Assembly (NCBI GenBank): GCA_963664485.1
Contig: OY761459.1
Location: 709,275-773,274, forward strand
DNA length: 64,000 nt
Source of the DNA: Syntrophales bacterium
Lineage (GTDB): Bacteria; Desulfobacterota; Syntrophia; Syntrophales; UBA2210
Direction of reading: 5' to 3'
Of the stretch, positions 1 to 8,479 are shown piece after piece. Each line of letters opens with the position of its first letter. The stretch's first letter is position 1. The translations under genes and the position numbers were made by a program. The notes under the pieces were generated by a model that saw only the letters and a list, made by a program, of their open reading frames with translations, had not been told where the DNA came from and made no database searches.

Positions 1-500
1 CTACCAACGATCTGGACGGAGAAAGCCTGGAATTGCTGGAAGCCATGCTGGTCGACTACAACGGAACTGTCCTGCTGGTAAGCCACGACCGTGCTTTTCT
101 GAACAATGTCGTCACGTCGACCATGGTCTTTGAAGGATCGGGCCGGATAGAAGAATACGCGGGTGGTTACGACGACTGGCTTCTTCAGAGATCCGAACCG
201 GAACAGGACACGCCGGAGGCTAAACCGAAAAAGGGAAAACCCCGCAACGCGCCCTCCGGCCCTCGTAAACTAACCTTCAAAGAACAGCGTGAACGGGAGA
301 AACTGCCGGATATGATCGAAGATATGGAGACACAAAAACGGCAGCTTTTCACCGCCATGGCCGATCCCGAACTTTACAGGACCGCCGGAAAGGATATAGC
401 GCGACTGCAGGCAAACCTGAACGAACTGGAGGAAAAACTGGCGGCGGCTTATGCCCGCTGGGAAATACTGGAAGACCTGGCACTCAAGGCCGACGGGTAA
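1..500 (+). CDS. ABC-F family ATPase (Uup-like), C-terminal part; 5' end lies outside the window
   Basis: The frame is open from the window edge. 'TNDLDGESLELLEAMLVDYNGTVLLVSHDRAFLNNV' matches the D-loop/H-loop region of an ABC domain. A Lys/Glu-rich coiled-coil tail follows, as is typical of ABC-F/Uup proteins. Confidence 0.85.
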   Translation, partial: TNDLDGESLELLEAMLVDYNGTVLLVSHDRAFLNNVVTSTMVFEGSGRIEEYAGGYDDWLLQRSEPEQDTPEAKPKKGKPRNAPSGPRKLTFKEQREREKLPDMIEDMETQKRQLFTAMADPELYRTAGKDIARLQANLNELEEKLAAAYARWEILEDLALKADG

Positions 501-589
501 TCCTTGCACCGATATTCCTTTTTTGCACAAAGCCGGACAACCCCGCCCTATTCCGCGTATTTTTTTAATTGTTAAATCAATATGTTAAA

Positions 590-620
590 GTCAATATTGA
601 CAACAGTTCACAGTTGTGAA
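590..620. promoter_or_regulatory. Two adjacent palindromes, candidate operator sites upstream of the yjbQ-like gene
   Basis: Read directly. GTCAATATTGAC (590-601) is a perfect 12-bp palindrome. TTCACA-GT-TGTGAA (607-620) is a 6+2+6 inverted repeat. Both lie about 140 nt upstream of the GTG at 762. Confidence 0.2.
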
Positions 621-761
621 TTTTTGTCTTGATAATTATTCGTGCCAATGAATAATTGTCAGGCATGGAATATTCGAAGGAATTGCATTGTTTGAGACAC
701 GTGGAGGTGGCAGGGTAAGATAATGTCCTTGCCGCAGCAGTTTATGAGAGGAGAAAATCAA

Positions 762-1180
762 GTGAAAAATTACAGAAAAGAACTCTGGTTTAATGTCCCC
801 TCCCGGAGGGGTTTCATCAATATAACGCCGCAGGTGAACGAGTGTCTGCGCGAGAGCGGAATCAGGGAAGGCCTCCTGCTCTGCAACGCCATGCACATAA
901 CGGCATCGGTTTTCATCAACGACGATGAGCAGGGACTTCATCAGGACTATGACAGATGGCTGGAAGGCTTGCTCCGCACGAGCCCGTTTCCCAATATCGT
1001 CATAACCGGACCGGGGAAGATAACGGAGACGCTCACCTGAAAAGGCAGGTCATGGGGAGAGAGGTCGTCGTGGCCGTTACGGGTGGAAGTCTGGATTTCG
1101 GTCCCTGGGAACAGATCTTTTACGGCGAATTCGACGGGAGAAGAAGAAAGCGGGTTTTAGTGAAGATAATCGGAGAATAA
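762..1180 (+). pseudogene. YjbQ/UPF0047 family (secondary thiamine-phosphate synthase-like) gene interrupted by a 1-nt frameshift near 966
   Basis: The N-terminal half ([25 protein letters not shown]...DYDRWLEG) is in the frame of ORF 723..1040. The C-terminal half ([70 protein letters not shown]) is in the frame of ORF 956..1180. An AGGAG sits 8 nt upstream of the GTG at 762. Confidence 0.8.
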
Positions 1181-1284
1181 AGACGCTCATGCCCCGGGAA
1201 TATAGAATATAGCCTCTGATCGTTTCACCGTAGACAAGTCGTATTCAGAATCTTATCCTCAAGAAATGCTTGCTGTTTAATGTC

Positions 1285-1318
1285 AAAAGGTGGCGGGAAT
1301 AAATTACCGCCACCTTTT
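1285..1318 (+). terminator. Rho-independent (bidirectional-type) terminator after the yjbQ-like gene
   Basis: AAAAGGTGGCGG-gaataaatta-CCGCCACCTTTT is a perfect 12-bp stem with an A-tract on the 5' side and a T-tract on the 3' side. Confidence 0.7.
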
Positions 1319-2123
1319 CTATATAAACTGAAAGGCACGGATAGAGAAAAAGGGGGGGGGAACCTCTCAGATTATTTGAGGAATGGGCGATCATTGAAAC
1401 GGAGAAATTGGAACGGAGGAAAAGAAAAACCGCCCACCCCTATGAAAACCTGAATCAAGATTGAAATCACCTCTCACGAGGATAGCGATGGAGTTATCCT
1501 AATGTATGCTTTGGAGGCATATTCAGGATCTTGTCCAGATCTATCTCTTTTAAAGAACTATATTGCGTACTATGTCTCATATTGATTATATCAAGAGCAT
1601 CTTTCTCAAGCTGGTGGCCTGTAACTTCACATCTTAGTTTCTTTGAGGCCTTGTCATGATTCATACCGCTATCCCTCGTATCAGTGTTCGAAAAGTGGGG
1701 GGCTGGGAACAAAAACCTGCCGTGCGAAAACCGCATTTCCAATTTGAGGTTTTATTGTCTCCCACCCCCCAATTTGTTCGTCGACAATTTTCGAACCTCC
1801 TTTGCTCCTGCCGACATCAGACCGGTAGTTGCTCGTGCCGTTGACCCCTCACCTCATAATTTCTTTCCTTGCAGTACAGTCAACGGTTGTCTTTTAGTAC
1901 TTCACGAATCGTGCCACCTTGGTTGCCTCTGTATTCAATAAATTATAAATCCCATTGTTTACAGGGCATTGAAGGGTTACTGGTCTTTGGGGGACTGTGG
2001 ATGACTCAAAAGATCTCAGGGGATGGTCAGGGTCACAATGGCATTATAAGGAGTCATTTACAGATATATATGATTTATTACGGGTAGTTAATCGTAGATG
2101 CCAAAACGACATGTACCATGCTA

Positions 2124-3512
2124 TTATGGCGTATGTTCTGTGTCGCCCCATTCCTTCAGTTTTCTCTGGAGGGTTCTCAGCCCTATACCCAGTTTCCTGG
2201 CAGCCTGTGTGCGGTTTCCACCGGTTGCATCAAGGGCTCTGAGTATGTGGTTTTTCTCCACTTCTTCGAGAGTCATTAGGCTATCTTTCCCGCCCTGGAG
2301 AGGATCACAGTGCAAAAGATCATGTACAAAGGAACCGGTCAGTACCTGTTCGCTTTCCAAAAGCACCGCCTTTGCTATGATATTCTCCAACTCCCGAACG
2401 TTTCCCGGAAATGAGTATGCGGCAAGGCATTGCGCGAAGTGGGGATCAAGTGAACGAATGGTCTTGTTGTTTTTTTCCGCGTGGACTTTTAAAAAATGCA
2501 TTGCCAGGGGCACGATATCATCCCTTCGTTCCCTCAATGGCGGTATATTTATATGAAACATATTAAGGCGATAAAAAAGGTCCTCTCTGAAAGTACCTTT
2601 ATCAATCTCTGTTTTGATATCTTTATTGGTGGCAGAGATTATTCTCACATTGATATCCAGTGACTGTGTGCTCCCCAGTCGGTAAAGCTCTCTTTCCTGA
2701 ACGACACGCAGCATTTTTCCCTGCAGCGATGAGTCGAGTTCCGTTATTTCATCCAGGAAAAGAGTCCCCCCCCTCGTCGCCTCGAAGAAACCCTGCTTTT
2801 CAGCAGTGGCGCCGGTGAACGCACCCTTGGCATGGCCGAAGAAATCGTCTTCAAAGAGGGTTTTGCTGAAGGAGGCCATGTTAACGGCGACAAAGGGTCC
2901 TGTGGAACGCGAGCTTAAATTGTGAATAATCCTGGCAAGCATCTCCTTACCCGTTCCGGATTCACCGGTGATCACAATGTTATAGTCGGTGGGCGCCACA
3001 ACCTCGACCTGATGAAATACCAGGGCCATCGCCGGATCTTCAGCGACCATACCCTCAAAAGCAGACAGGTTTCCCAGATCGGAGAATGTCTGGCTCCTCT
3101 CAAAGAGGGCAAGCTTGTTTTTGAGGTTGTACCGTTCAAGCGCCCGATTGATGGTGATTATAAATTTTTCGCCGTTGATCGGTTTAATAAGATAATCGTA
3201 GGCTCCGAATTTCATAGCTTGAATCGCCGAAGAGATATCATCGATGGCAGTTACAATAATACACTCCAGAGAAGGGAATTCTTCCTTTATCTGCTGCAGT
3301 AGTGTCATTCCTCCCGGTTCGGGCATGATGAGATCCAGAATTACCAGATGAAAGTTGTTGGCTCTGATTATTTCCATGACGCGCGAGCTATCCGAAATGA
3401 GTGCGGGTTCGGGCATTCCGGAGCTGACTATTGATACTTTTATGCTCAGCAAGAGACCAAAGTCATCATCAACAACCAGAACTGAGGGACTATTGAGTGG
3501 TATAGATTCCAT
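2124..3512 (-). CDS. Sigma54-dependent response regulator (NtrC family: REC + AAA+ + Fis-type HTH)
   Basis: Receiver domain (VLVVDDD...VILDLIMP). AAA+ Walker A GESGTGKE. The sigma54-contact loop GAFTGA is present (HAKGAFTGATAEKQG). C-terminal HTH (GNRTQAARKLGIGLRTLQRKL). Confidence 0.92.
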   Translation of the reverse strand: MESIPLNSPSVLVVDDDFGLLLSIKVSIVSSGMPEPALISDSSRVMEIIRANNFHLVILDLIMPEPGGMTLLQQIKEEFPSLECIIVTAIDDISSAIQAMKFGAYDYLIKPINGEKFIITINRALERYNLKNKLALFERSQTFSDLGNLSAFEGMVAEDPAMALVFHQVEVVAPTDYNIVITGESGTGKEMLARIIHNLSSRSTGPFVAVNMASFSKTLFEDDFFGHAKGAFTGATAEKQGFFEATRGGTLFLDEITELDSSLQGKMLRVVQERELYRLGSTQSLDINVRIISATNKDIKTEIDKGTFREDLFYRLNMFHINIPPLRERRDDIVPLAMHFLKVHAEKNNKTIRSLDPHFAQCLAAYSFPGNVRELENIIAKAVLLESEQVLTGSFVHDLLHCDPLQGGKDSLMTLEEVEKNHILRALDATGGNRTQAARKLGIGLRTLQRKLKEWGDTEHTP

Positions 3513-3513
3513 A

Positions 3514-6192
3514 TCAGCTGCTCTTGGATTCCTTTTCAGTTATTGCGGGGAATGTGACGGTAAAGATAGTTCCCTCCCCCTCTTTACTGAGGAAGGTAAT
3601 CTTTCCTCCGTTGGCCTCTATGAGATTAAAGGTAATGGAGAGACCGAGGCCCGTTCCTCCTTCGGCCTGCCGTGACGTCACAAAGGGATCAAATATCTTG
3701 TCCGCGATGACGGGATCAACACCCCTGCCGTTATCCGAGATTGAGATGACCGCTCTTCCGGTTTTTTTCTGAAGCCGCGTGGATATGGTTATTTTGCCGT
3801 GATCATGGTTTATGGCCTGGGTTGCGTTGATCGCGATATTCATGATTATCTGTTCGATGCTCTGAAGGTTCCCTTCTATCACCGGCGTTTTTTTAGCCAG
3901 TTCAAGTTCCAGGAAGATATTCGACTTTTTGAGGGTTGTCTCTATGAGCCGCACGGCGGTTGTGACCGCGGTGTTTATTTCGATTGGTGTCTTATCCATG
4001 ACACTCGACTGCCGTGTAAAATTCTTCAAATTGCTTACGGTTTTTGCGACCCGGTTTGCAGCCAGGTCAATATCCGAAAGGAGCTGCGGCAAGTTTTTTT
4101 TGAGAAAATCGCAGGTGAGTCCTCCATACTTCTTGTCGGGATCCGTTTTAGCCTCTTTTTCCAGTACGGGGAGCGTATCGTGCCATACCTTCTGCAGCAG
4201 GGGCATATCGAACATGATCTTATTAATCGGATTATTGATTTCGTGGGCGACACCGGCTACAAGGGTCCCCAAAGCCTCCATCTTCTGCGCGTGCAGCAAT
4301 TGTAGTTCGAGTTGTTTCTTTTCTTGTTCCGATCGTTTTTGATCGGTAATATCTTCAATCATTGCGATAAAATAGAGAGGGTGCCCATTTTCATCATAGA
4401 CGACAGATGCTGTGGTATTTCCCCATATAATCTCTCTATCCTTTCTGATGTAGCGTTTTTGCGTCTTATAGTATGGTATGCGTCTTAGCAATAATTGCGC
4501 CACTTGTTTGAGGTCTTGCTCTCTATGCTCAGGATGGGTAATATCTATAAAGGAACTTCCCACCAATTCCACTTCATCATAACCCAGCAATCTGCAGAAC
4601 ATCGCATTGATGTGCTCAAACCGGGACTCGAGATCAAGAATTGCCATCCCGAGAGCACCCCCCTCAAAGACGGTGCGGAAACGTTCTTCGTTTTCCCTGA
4701 GTGCCTCTTCTGCCTTCTTGCGCTCCGTGATGTCTTCTCCATGGATAATAGTCGCGATCAATATCTTTTTCGGTTCCGCATAGATGTTTGCAGAGGTCCA
4801 CATCCCGATGCGCACCTTTCCATCTTTACGCAGAATCGGCATCTCCTGGACATGTAAATCTCCATCCCCTTTTTGTGCATGTGCGAGTTTCCGTAGTGAT
4901 TCCGAGCTACTGGCATCCGGAAACAATATCCCGAGCGGCTGCCCTACCATTTCCTTCTCGGTCCTCCCGCTCATTCTCTCAAAGGCCTCGTTGAAGATGG
5001 TTGTTTCCCCGTACCGGTCAAGGACAATTATCGGCGCGTTGGCACACCGTATAAGGTTGTTGAGATAATCGGTGGTTTCTCTGAGTTCCCTGGTTCGCTT
5101 TTGGACTTCACTCTTGAGAATGGTGGACCACCGGTAAGCGGAGAGGGATGAAAAAATGCCCGCTATGATGAGGAAGAGGATTATAAAGGCGAAGGTATTG
5201 AGCGCCTGGACTCCCGCCAATCGAATAATTCTATCGATTTCACTCACGGGTGCGACCACTGCAACAGACCAGATCTGATCAAGAACATAGACCGGAGAAT
5301 AGGCAATCAGTTTCTCGATCCGCCCGGCCTTACCCCGGTGCCAGCCGGACATATAGCGACCGATGCCTTCTTTGCCGGCCATAACTTTCTGCTGAATTTC
5401 GTTAATGGACTCATATGACAGTTCCGGGTTCCTTTTCTCCCTTGCCTTGAAGGCATCTTGACCAATGAATTCCTCCACATTGTGGGCGAGGAAATAACCC
5501 TCCTGATCCATCAACCAGGCGTATCCGGATTCACCCGATACAATAGGGGAGATAAAGATCTTTCCCACGGACCGAAGGTCAAAGGAAATGACGAGTATAC
5601 CCGCAAAACGCTTTTTTGAAGCACCCTGGTCGCTTTTCACGTATATAGGGGCGGACATCCGTATACGTTTTTCCCCCTCTTCGTTGGCCGTGATCCCGAA
5701 CATTTTGACGTGTCCCGCTTCCTTTGTGCTTACAAAATAAGGCTCCGCGCCATAGTTTCTGCCAACGAGGTCATCCCGCCAATCGTCGGAAGGGTATATG
5801 AACCGGAGAATGCCATGCTCGTCAAGGCGACGAATGGAGGTCCTCGGTATAAACCCCAGATACATGTTTTGCATATACTCGAGAGAATCGGGGGTCATAT
5901 GCTGGATTGCCGACACCTTCGTTGCCGATACAAGCGACGCCTTAATCTCGCTGAAATAGGTTTCAATCCCGGCAGCTGCCGATCGGGCAAGGATTAACTG
6001 GTGTTCATTGAACTGCTCGAGGGCGGTCTGCCGTGTTACATGAAAGGTTTGAATACCGAGAAAGGCCGTTATGCTTATGGCTACAATGGTTATGCTGAGG
6101 ATGATTATCTGGATCCAACAGGAAGGGTTTTTTACCTTCTCACTAGAAGAATTAACCTCCTGTTGATTGTCTCCGTCTATAGTATCGGTCAT
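3514..6192 (-). CDS. Sensor histidine kinase (TM - Cache-like periplasmic domain - TM - PAS - PAS - HisKA - HATPase)
   Basis: Two hydrophobic segments flank a roughly 290-aa extracytoplasmic region. Two PAS-like repeats are present (..IVLDRYGETTIFNEAFERMSG.. and ..MAILDLESRFEHINAMFCRLLG..). H-box VAGVAHEINNP. ATPase motifs DNGRGV and GGTGLGLS. The stop lies 1 nt from the response-regulator start. Confidence 0.9.
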   Translation of the reverse strand: MTDTIDGDNQQEVNSSSEKVKNPSCWIQIIILSITIVAISITAFLGIQTFHVTRQTALEQFNEHQLILARSAAAGIETYFSEIKASLVSATKVSAIQHMTPDSLEYMQNMYLGFIPRTSIRRLDEHGILRFIYPSDDWRDDLVGRNYGAEPYFVSTKEAGHVKMFGITANEEGEKRIRMSAPIYVKSDQGASKKRFAGILVISFDLRSVGKIFISPIVSGESGYAWLMDQEGYFLAHNVEEFIGQDAFKAREKRNPELSYESINEIQQKVMAGKEGIGRYMSGWHRGKAGRIEKLIAYSPVYVLDQIWSVAVVAPVSEIDRIIRLAGVQALNTFAFIILFLIIAGIFSSLSAYRWSTILKSEVQKRTRELRETTDYLNNLIRCANAPIIVLDRYGETTIFNEAFERMSGRTEKEMVGQPLGILFPDASSSESLRKLAHAQKGDGDLHVQEMPILRKDGKVRIGMWTSANIYAEPKKILIATIIHGEDITERKKAEEALRENEERFRTVFEGGALGMAILDLESRFEHINAMFCRLLGYDEVELVGSSFIDITHPEHREQDLKQVAQLLLRRIPYYKTQKRYIRKDREIIWGNTTASVVYDENGHPLYFIAMIEDITDQKRSEQEKKQLELQLLHAQKMEALGTLVAGVAHEINNPINKIMFDMPLLQKVWHDTLPVLEKEAKTDPDKKYGGLTCDFLKKNLPQLLSDIDLAANRVAKTVSNLKNFTRQSSVMDKTPIEINTAVTTAVRLIETTLKKSNIFLELELAKKTPVIEGNLQSIEQIIMNIAINATQAINHDHGKITISTRLQKKTGRAVISISDNGRGVDPVIADKIFDPFVTSRQAEGGTGLGLSITFNLIEANGGKITFLSKEGEGTIFTVTFPAITEKESKSS

Positions 6193-6241
6193 GCATCATT
6201 ACCTGATGTAGTTCACAAGACGTTGCATCTTCGTAAAAAGA

Positions 6242-6271
6242 AGTATACGCAGAAGGGAATTCCCATGTCAA
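6242..6271 (-). promoter_or_regulatory. Candidate sigma70 promoter for the kinase/regulator pair
   Basis: On the minus strand: TTGACA (6271-6266), an 18-nt spacer, then TATACT (6247-6242). It sits about 45 nt upstream of the kinase ATG at 6192. Confidence 0.4.
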
Positions 6272-6346
6272 TAAAATAGTGGCCACGGGAAATTGAGGAG
6301 GGGGTATAGAACAGACCCGGTCTCAGGGTGCAGGCAGAAGTTGCCA

Positions 6347-6895
6347 TCACATGTGTTCGTCTAACTCCGCAAGACCGTCTGCAACATTGCTTTTGATCAG
6401 GTTCAAGACCTCCATGTGATTGAGGGGCACATCACCGAGACCCTGTCGCAGTTCTCTTGTATCGAGGGAGTACACGTGCGAATTTTTTTTGTGGGTATAT
6501 ACGAAATCAACGACAGGGTTTCCAAGTATCAAGGCCCTTATTACTCCGGCGACATCACCCAGCGGCTGTCGATCGATATGGCTGTGTTTGAATTCGGCAT
6601 AAACCCTGGTGCCTTTCCCTACATCGGATTCAATGACGAATCTGCCGCCGGCTGCCTGCGCGGCCTGCGCAAGCATGGGCAACCCCAGGCCGACACGGCG
6701 GACTTTCTTTGTCGTATAGAAAGGATCCATGGTTCTTTCCAGGGTTTCCTTGTCCATACCGGTTCCATTGTCCCGTATCTCCAGACTGAACACATCATGC
6801 AGCAGATCTTCATTAACGGTTATCTCTACCAGGCTGGCCTCAGCCCTGGTCGAGTTTTCGGCTATATCAAGAATGTGAAGGGCCATTTCCATCAT
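6347..6895 (-). CDS. Stand-alone GHKL (histidine-kinase-like) ATPase with no DHp/His domain
   Basis: N-box HILDIAENSTRA, G1 DNGTGM, G2 GLGLPM. There is no transmembrane, HisKA or DNA-binding region. Length is 182 aa. Confidence 0.75.
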   Translation of the reverse strand: MMEMALHILDIAENSTRAEASLVEITVNEDLLHDVFSLEIRDNGTGMDKETLERTMDPFYTTKKVRRVGLGLPMLAQAAQAAGGRFVIESDVGKGTRVYAEFKHSHIDRQPLGDVAGVIRALILGNPVVDFVYTHKKNSHVYSLDTRELRQGLGDVPLNHMEVLNLIKSNVADGLAELDEHM

Positions 6896-6897
6896 AA

Positions 6898-7635
6898 TTA
6901 TTCGAAAACTTTTCTCCCGTCCTGTTTCATAAATGCCATTTTCAACTCTGCCACCGTAGGCTCCTGCATGCGTATCTTCGTGGATACACCGCCGATATCC
7001 CGAAGATAATGGGCATCGGACGATGTTATAAAGGCATATCGGGCAAGTTCAGGATAAGTTTTTCTCGCACCGGCGATGCTCATCCGGGATGAAATCTCCA
7101 GTGCGTCGAGCGCAACCGTGTCGGGTATAAACCCGAGTTGTCCCAGGACACTGAAACTTTCACGGTCGATATGAGCGGCCGCCGCCAGCCCCCCCAATTC
7201 ATGAATGCGTCGTACAACATCCTCAAGGGTTATATTGGTGGCCCCGATCAGCAATTTTTCGTTAAATCCCTCTACCTCGCCATGTTCGTTGACAACAACC
7301 TGGCATCCGAAAACATCTTCATCGTTGAGTCCTTCGAGGTGGTCGTAGATCGTTTCCTGGAGGGCGCGAAGAGGCTCGATTGTATCAAACCAGGCAAGCA
7401 CATGCGCCTCTTCCCGGGTGGTTACCTCCATTGCCGGCAGTACGACAAGCGGAGTGCCGATCGCCGCGGCCATCACATACTCAACGTTTTCCGAAGCATT
7501 ATGGTCTGATATCGCGATAACATCCAGTCCGCATTGTGTTGCCTCGCGAACAAGGGCCGAGGGGTGCATATCGAAATCGGCACAGGGAGAAAGACAGGTA
7601 TGCACATGAAGATTGCAATTAAAAATTTTCAGCAT
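6898..7635 (-). CDS. PHP-domain phosphoesterase
   Basis: NLHVHTCLSPCA near the N-terminus, then VIAISDHNASEN, ..AAAHIDR.. and ..TSSDAHY.. metal-ligand motifs typical of the PHP (polymerase/histidinol phosphatase) fold. Confidence 0.8.
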   Translation of the reverse strand: MLKIFNCNLHVHTCLSPCADFDMHPSALVREATQCGLDVIAISDHNASENVEYVMAAAIGTPLVVLPAMEVTTREEAHVLAWFDTIEPLRALQETIYDHLEGLNDEDVFGCQVVVNEHGEVEGFNEKLLIGATNITLEDVVRRIHELGGLAAAAHIDRESFSVLGQLGFIPDTVALDALEISSRMSIAGARKTYPELARYAFITSSDAHYLRDIGGVSTKIRMQEPTVAELKMAFMKQDGRKVFE

Positions 7636-7678
7636 GTCGGGAACGTCCGTAAAGCCGTTTGGTCGTGTCAGGCTTTAC

Positions 7679-8020
7679 TTATGCATCGTGGTGCATCAGA
7701 TGACAGATTTTACCAACCAGTTCGAATGCCGGAAGGCTGCTTAGAATAATTGGTATTCCTTCATCTTGAGCTTTTTCGAGAGTTTCTTTCTCCGGACTGG
7801 CATCCTGAACGATTATAATCCCGGCATGCTCTTTCAATGAAGCGACTGCCACGATATTCTGATGTACCTGGCGGGTTATCCAGAGATCCCCTTTTTTACT
7901 GTTGGCCATTACATCACTCAAAAGATCACCCACATAACCGCCGGTGATTTCCTTTTTGAGATTTTCCCAGCAACATTTACATTTCAGATCCAATTTTTCG
8001 ATGAAGAAATCCAGTGTCAT
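7679..8020 (-). CDS. DRTGG-domain protein
   Basis: 113 aa. EITGGYVGDLLSDVMAN...LWITRQVHQNIVAVASL...GIIIV matches the DRTGG-domain pattern. Confidence 0.65.
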   Translation of the reverse strand: MTLDFFIEKLDLKCKCCWENLKKEITGGYVGDLLSDVMANSKKGDLWITRQVHQNIVAVASLKEHAGIIIVQDASPEKETLEKAQDEGIPIILSSLPAFELVGKICHLMHHDA

Positions 8021-8038
8021 GATTCATATCCTCGAAAA

Positions 8039-8479
8039 CTATTGTTTACCATTGATATTAATAATACTTTTCAAGTATGTTCCCTTGCCGACATCGGATT
8101 GAATTTCAAAAACATCGGAGAATTTCCCGATATTCGACAGTCCCATTCCCGCTCCGAAACCCAGCTCACAAACCTCGGCATCGGCGGTCGAGTAACCTTC
8201 CTTCAGCGCCAGTTCAATATCGGCAATGCCTTGACCTTCATCTTTGGCTTCGATAATTATTGAATCAGGGAAAACCTCGAATTTTATAACACCCATTTTC
8301 GCATAAGATATGATATTGATCTCTGCCTCAAAAACAACAATCGATACTTTCCTGACAACCGTTTCTGAAATACCCCGAGCTTTCAATATCTTCTTGATTT
8401 CATTAGATACCCGCCCGGCATTCTGGAAACTGCGCCCTTCAATAATGTAACTGCCGTTATATTCACTCACTGTTTTCAC
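8039..8479 (-). CDS. RsbW/SpoIIAB-like GHKL Ser/Thr kinase ('anti-sigma regulatory factor' type)
   Basis: N-box EAEINIISYA, G1 DEGQGI, G2 GFGAGMGLSN. The start is uncertain. The tracked ORF extends to 8554 but would then overlap the upstream gene by 92 nt. A GTG at 8479 (VKTVSEYNG..) gives a 17-nt overlap instead. Confidence 0.7.
   Translation of the reverse strand: MKTVSEYNGSYIIEGRSFQNAGRVSNEIKKILKARGISETVVRKVSIVVFEAEINIISYAKMGVIKFEVFPDSIIIEAKDEGQGIADIELALKEGYSTADAEVCELGFGAGMGLSNIGKFSDVFEIQSDVGKGTYLKSIININGKQ

Noticed and set aside
636-652. TGGCACGAATAATTAT on the minus strand looked like a sigma54 -24 element.
   Set aside because: There is no GC at the -12 position (ATTA instead of TTGC), and there is no minus-strand gene downstream of it.
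1780-1810. TTTTCGAACCTCC looked like a tRNA T-arm or tRNA fragment, a possible integration-site relic.
   Set aside because: The flanking bases cannot form a T-stem (GACAA against CCTCC). No acceptor or anticodon arms can be drawn on either strand.
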